The notes under the pieces: model-generated | The model's input: only the letters and a program-made list of their open reading frames with translations | Told to the model about the DNA's origin: nothing | Database searches by the model: none | From: Ruminococcus albus 7 = DSM 20455 | GTDB lineage: Bacteria; Bacillota; Clostridia; Oscillospirales; Ruminococcaceae | NCBI RefSeq assembly: GCF_000179635.2 | Contig: NC_014833.1 | Coordinates: forward strand, 1,320,001-1,352,000 | DNA length: 32,000 bases | Direction: 5' to 3' | Program-made: the position numbers and the translations under genes | Part shown: positions 31,757 to 32,000 of the stretch, piece after piece | How positions within the stretch are numbered: the first letter of the stretch is position 1 | Layout: the number at the start of each line of letters is the position of its first letter

Positions 31757-32000
31757 ATGGGGAGCAAAACAAAGAAGAAGAGGAACCATATCACGCACCC
31801 ATCTGAACGAATGGGCAGCAAGGAAGTACAGACCGTGACCGAAACAGGTGCGCTTGGAAAATTCTTCAAGCTGAATGCACGCGGCACAGATGTCCGCACA
31901 GAGGTAATGGCAGGTCTAACCACATTTATGACTATGGCATATATCCTTGCGGTGAACCCCAGTGTGCTTTCAGCGGCGGGCATGGACAGCACTGCTGTAT
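31757..32000 (+). CDS. Purine (guanine/hypoxanthine or adenine) permease, AzgA-type NCS2 family, 5' part only
   Basis: ATG at 31757 lies 9 nt after GAGGAGGG. The conserved opening of PbuG/PbuO-like permeases is present: [42 protein letters not shown]. The ORF runs off the window. Confidence 0.8.
   Translation, partial: MGSKTKKKRNHITHPSERMGSKEVQTVTETGALGKFFKLNARGTDVRTEVMAGLTTFMTMAYILAVNPSVLSAAGMDSTAV

Overview
The window looks like a Gram-positive anaerobe of the Clostridia type. This is an inference from AGGAGG-type RBSs, TTGACA-17-TATAAT promoters, a dockerin-bearing enzyme and a CBM13-pectate lyase, and it suggests a cellulosomal Ruminococcus-like genome. The left part (1-8985) is a rearranged accessory region. 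Two near-identical IS66-family copies lie in inverted orientation: copy A is cut by the window edge (1-478) and copy B is complete (5981-8985). They bracket a 5.5-kb segment that holds a SUKH-like ORF, two 3' gene fragments, an AT-rich three-gene operon of unknown function, and a type I-C-like CRISPR fragment of 9 full repeats plus a 9-nt stub. No cas genes are in the window. IS copy B sits inside a CRISPR repeat. The 8-bp target duplications of the two IS copies are swapped, which indicates the segment between them was inverted by IS-IS recombination. The rest of the window encodes, in order: an AAA-ATPase/PD-(D/E)XK protein; a secreted CBM13-polySer-pectate lyase; a small-peptide plus ABC exporter operon; a 1308-aa surface protein; a dockerin-bearing DUF4832-like enzyme; a BspA-type LRR protein; a five-gene lipid-type operon; and a uracil/purine salvage operon (uracil permease, upp, hpt, purine permease). 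The 1308-aa protein is built from six ~180-aa units encoded by near-identical 540-bp tandem repeats arranged as a 1080-bp higher-order repeat. The lipid-type operon is tightly coupled and encodes an LPLAT acyltransferase, an acyl-AMP/CoA ligase, a B12-binding radical SAM enzyme, a CDP-alcohol phosphatidyltransferase and an LRAT-like His/Cys protein. It is my best candidate for an undescribed biosynthetic system. I saw no rRNA or tRNA genes. All family assignments rest on motifs read by eye; no searches were run.
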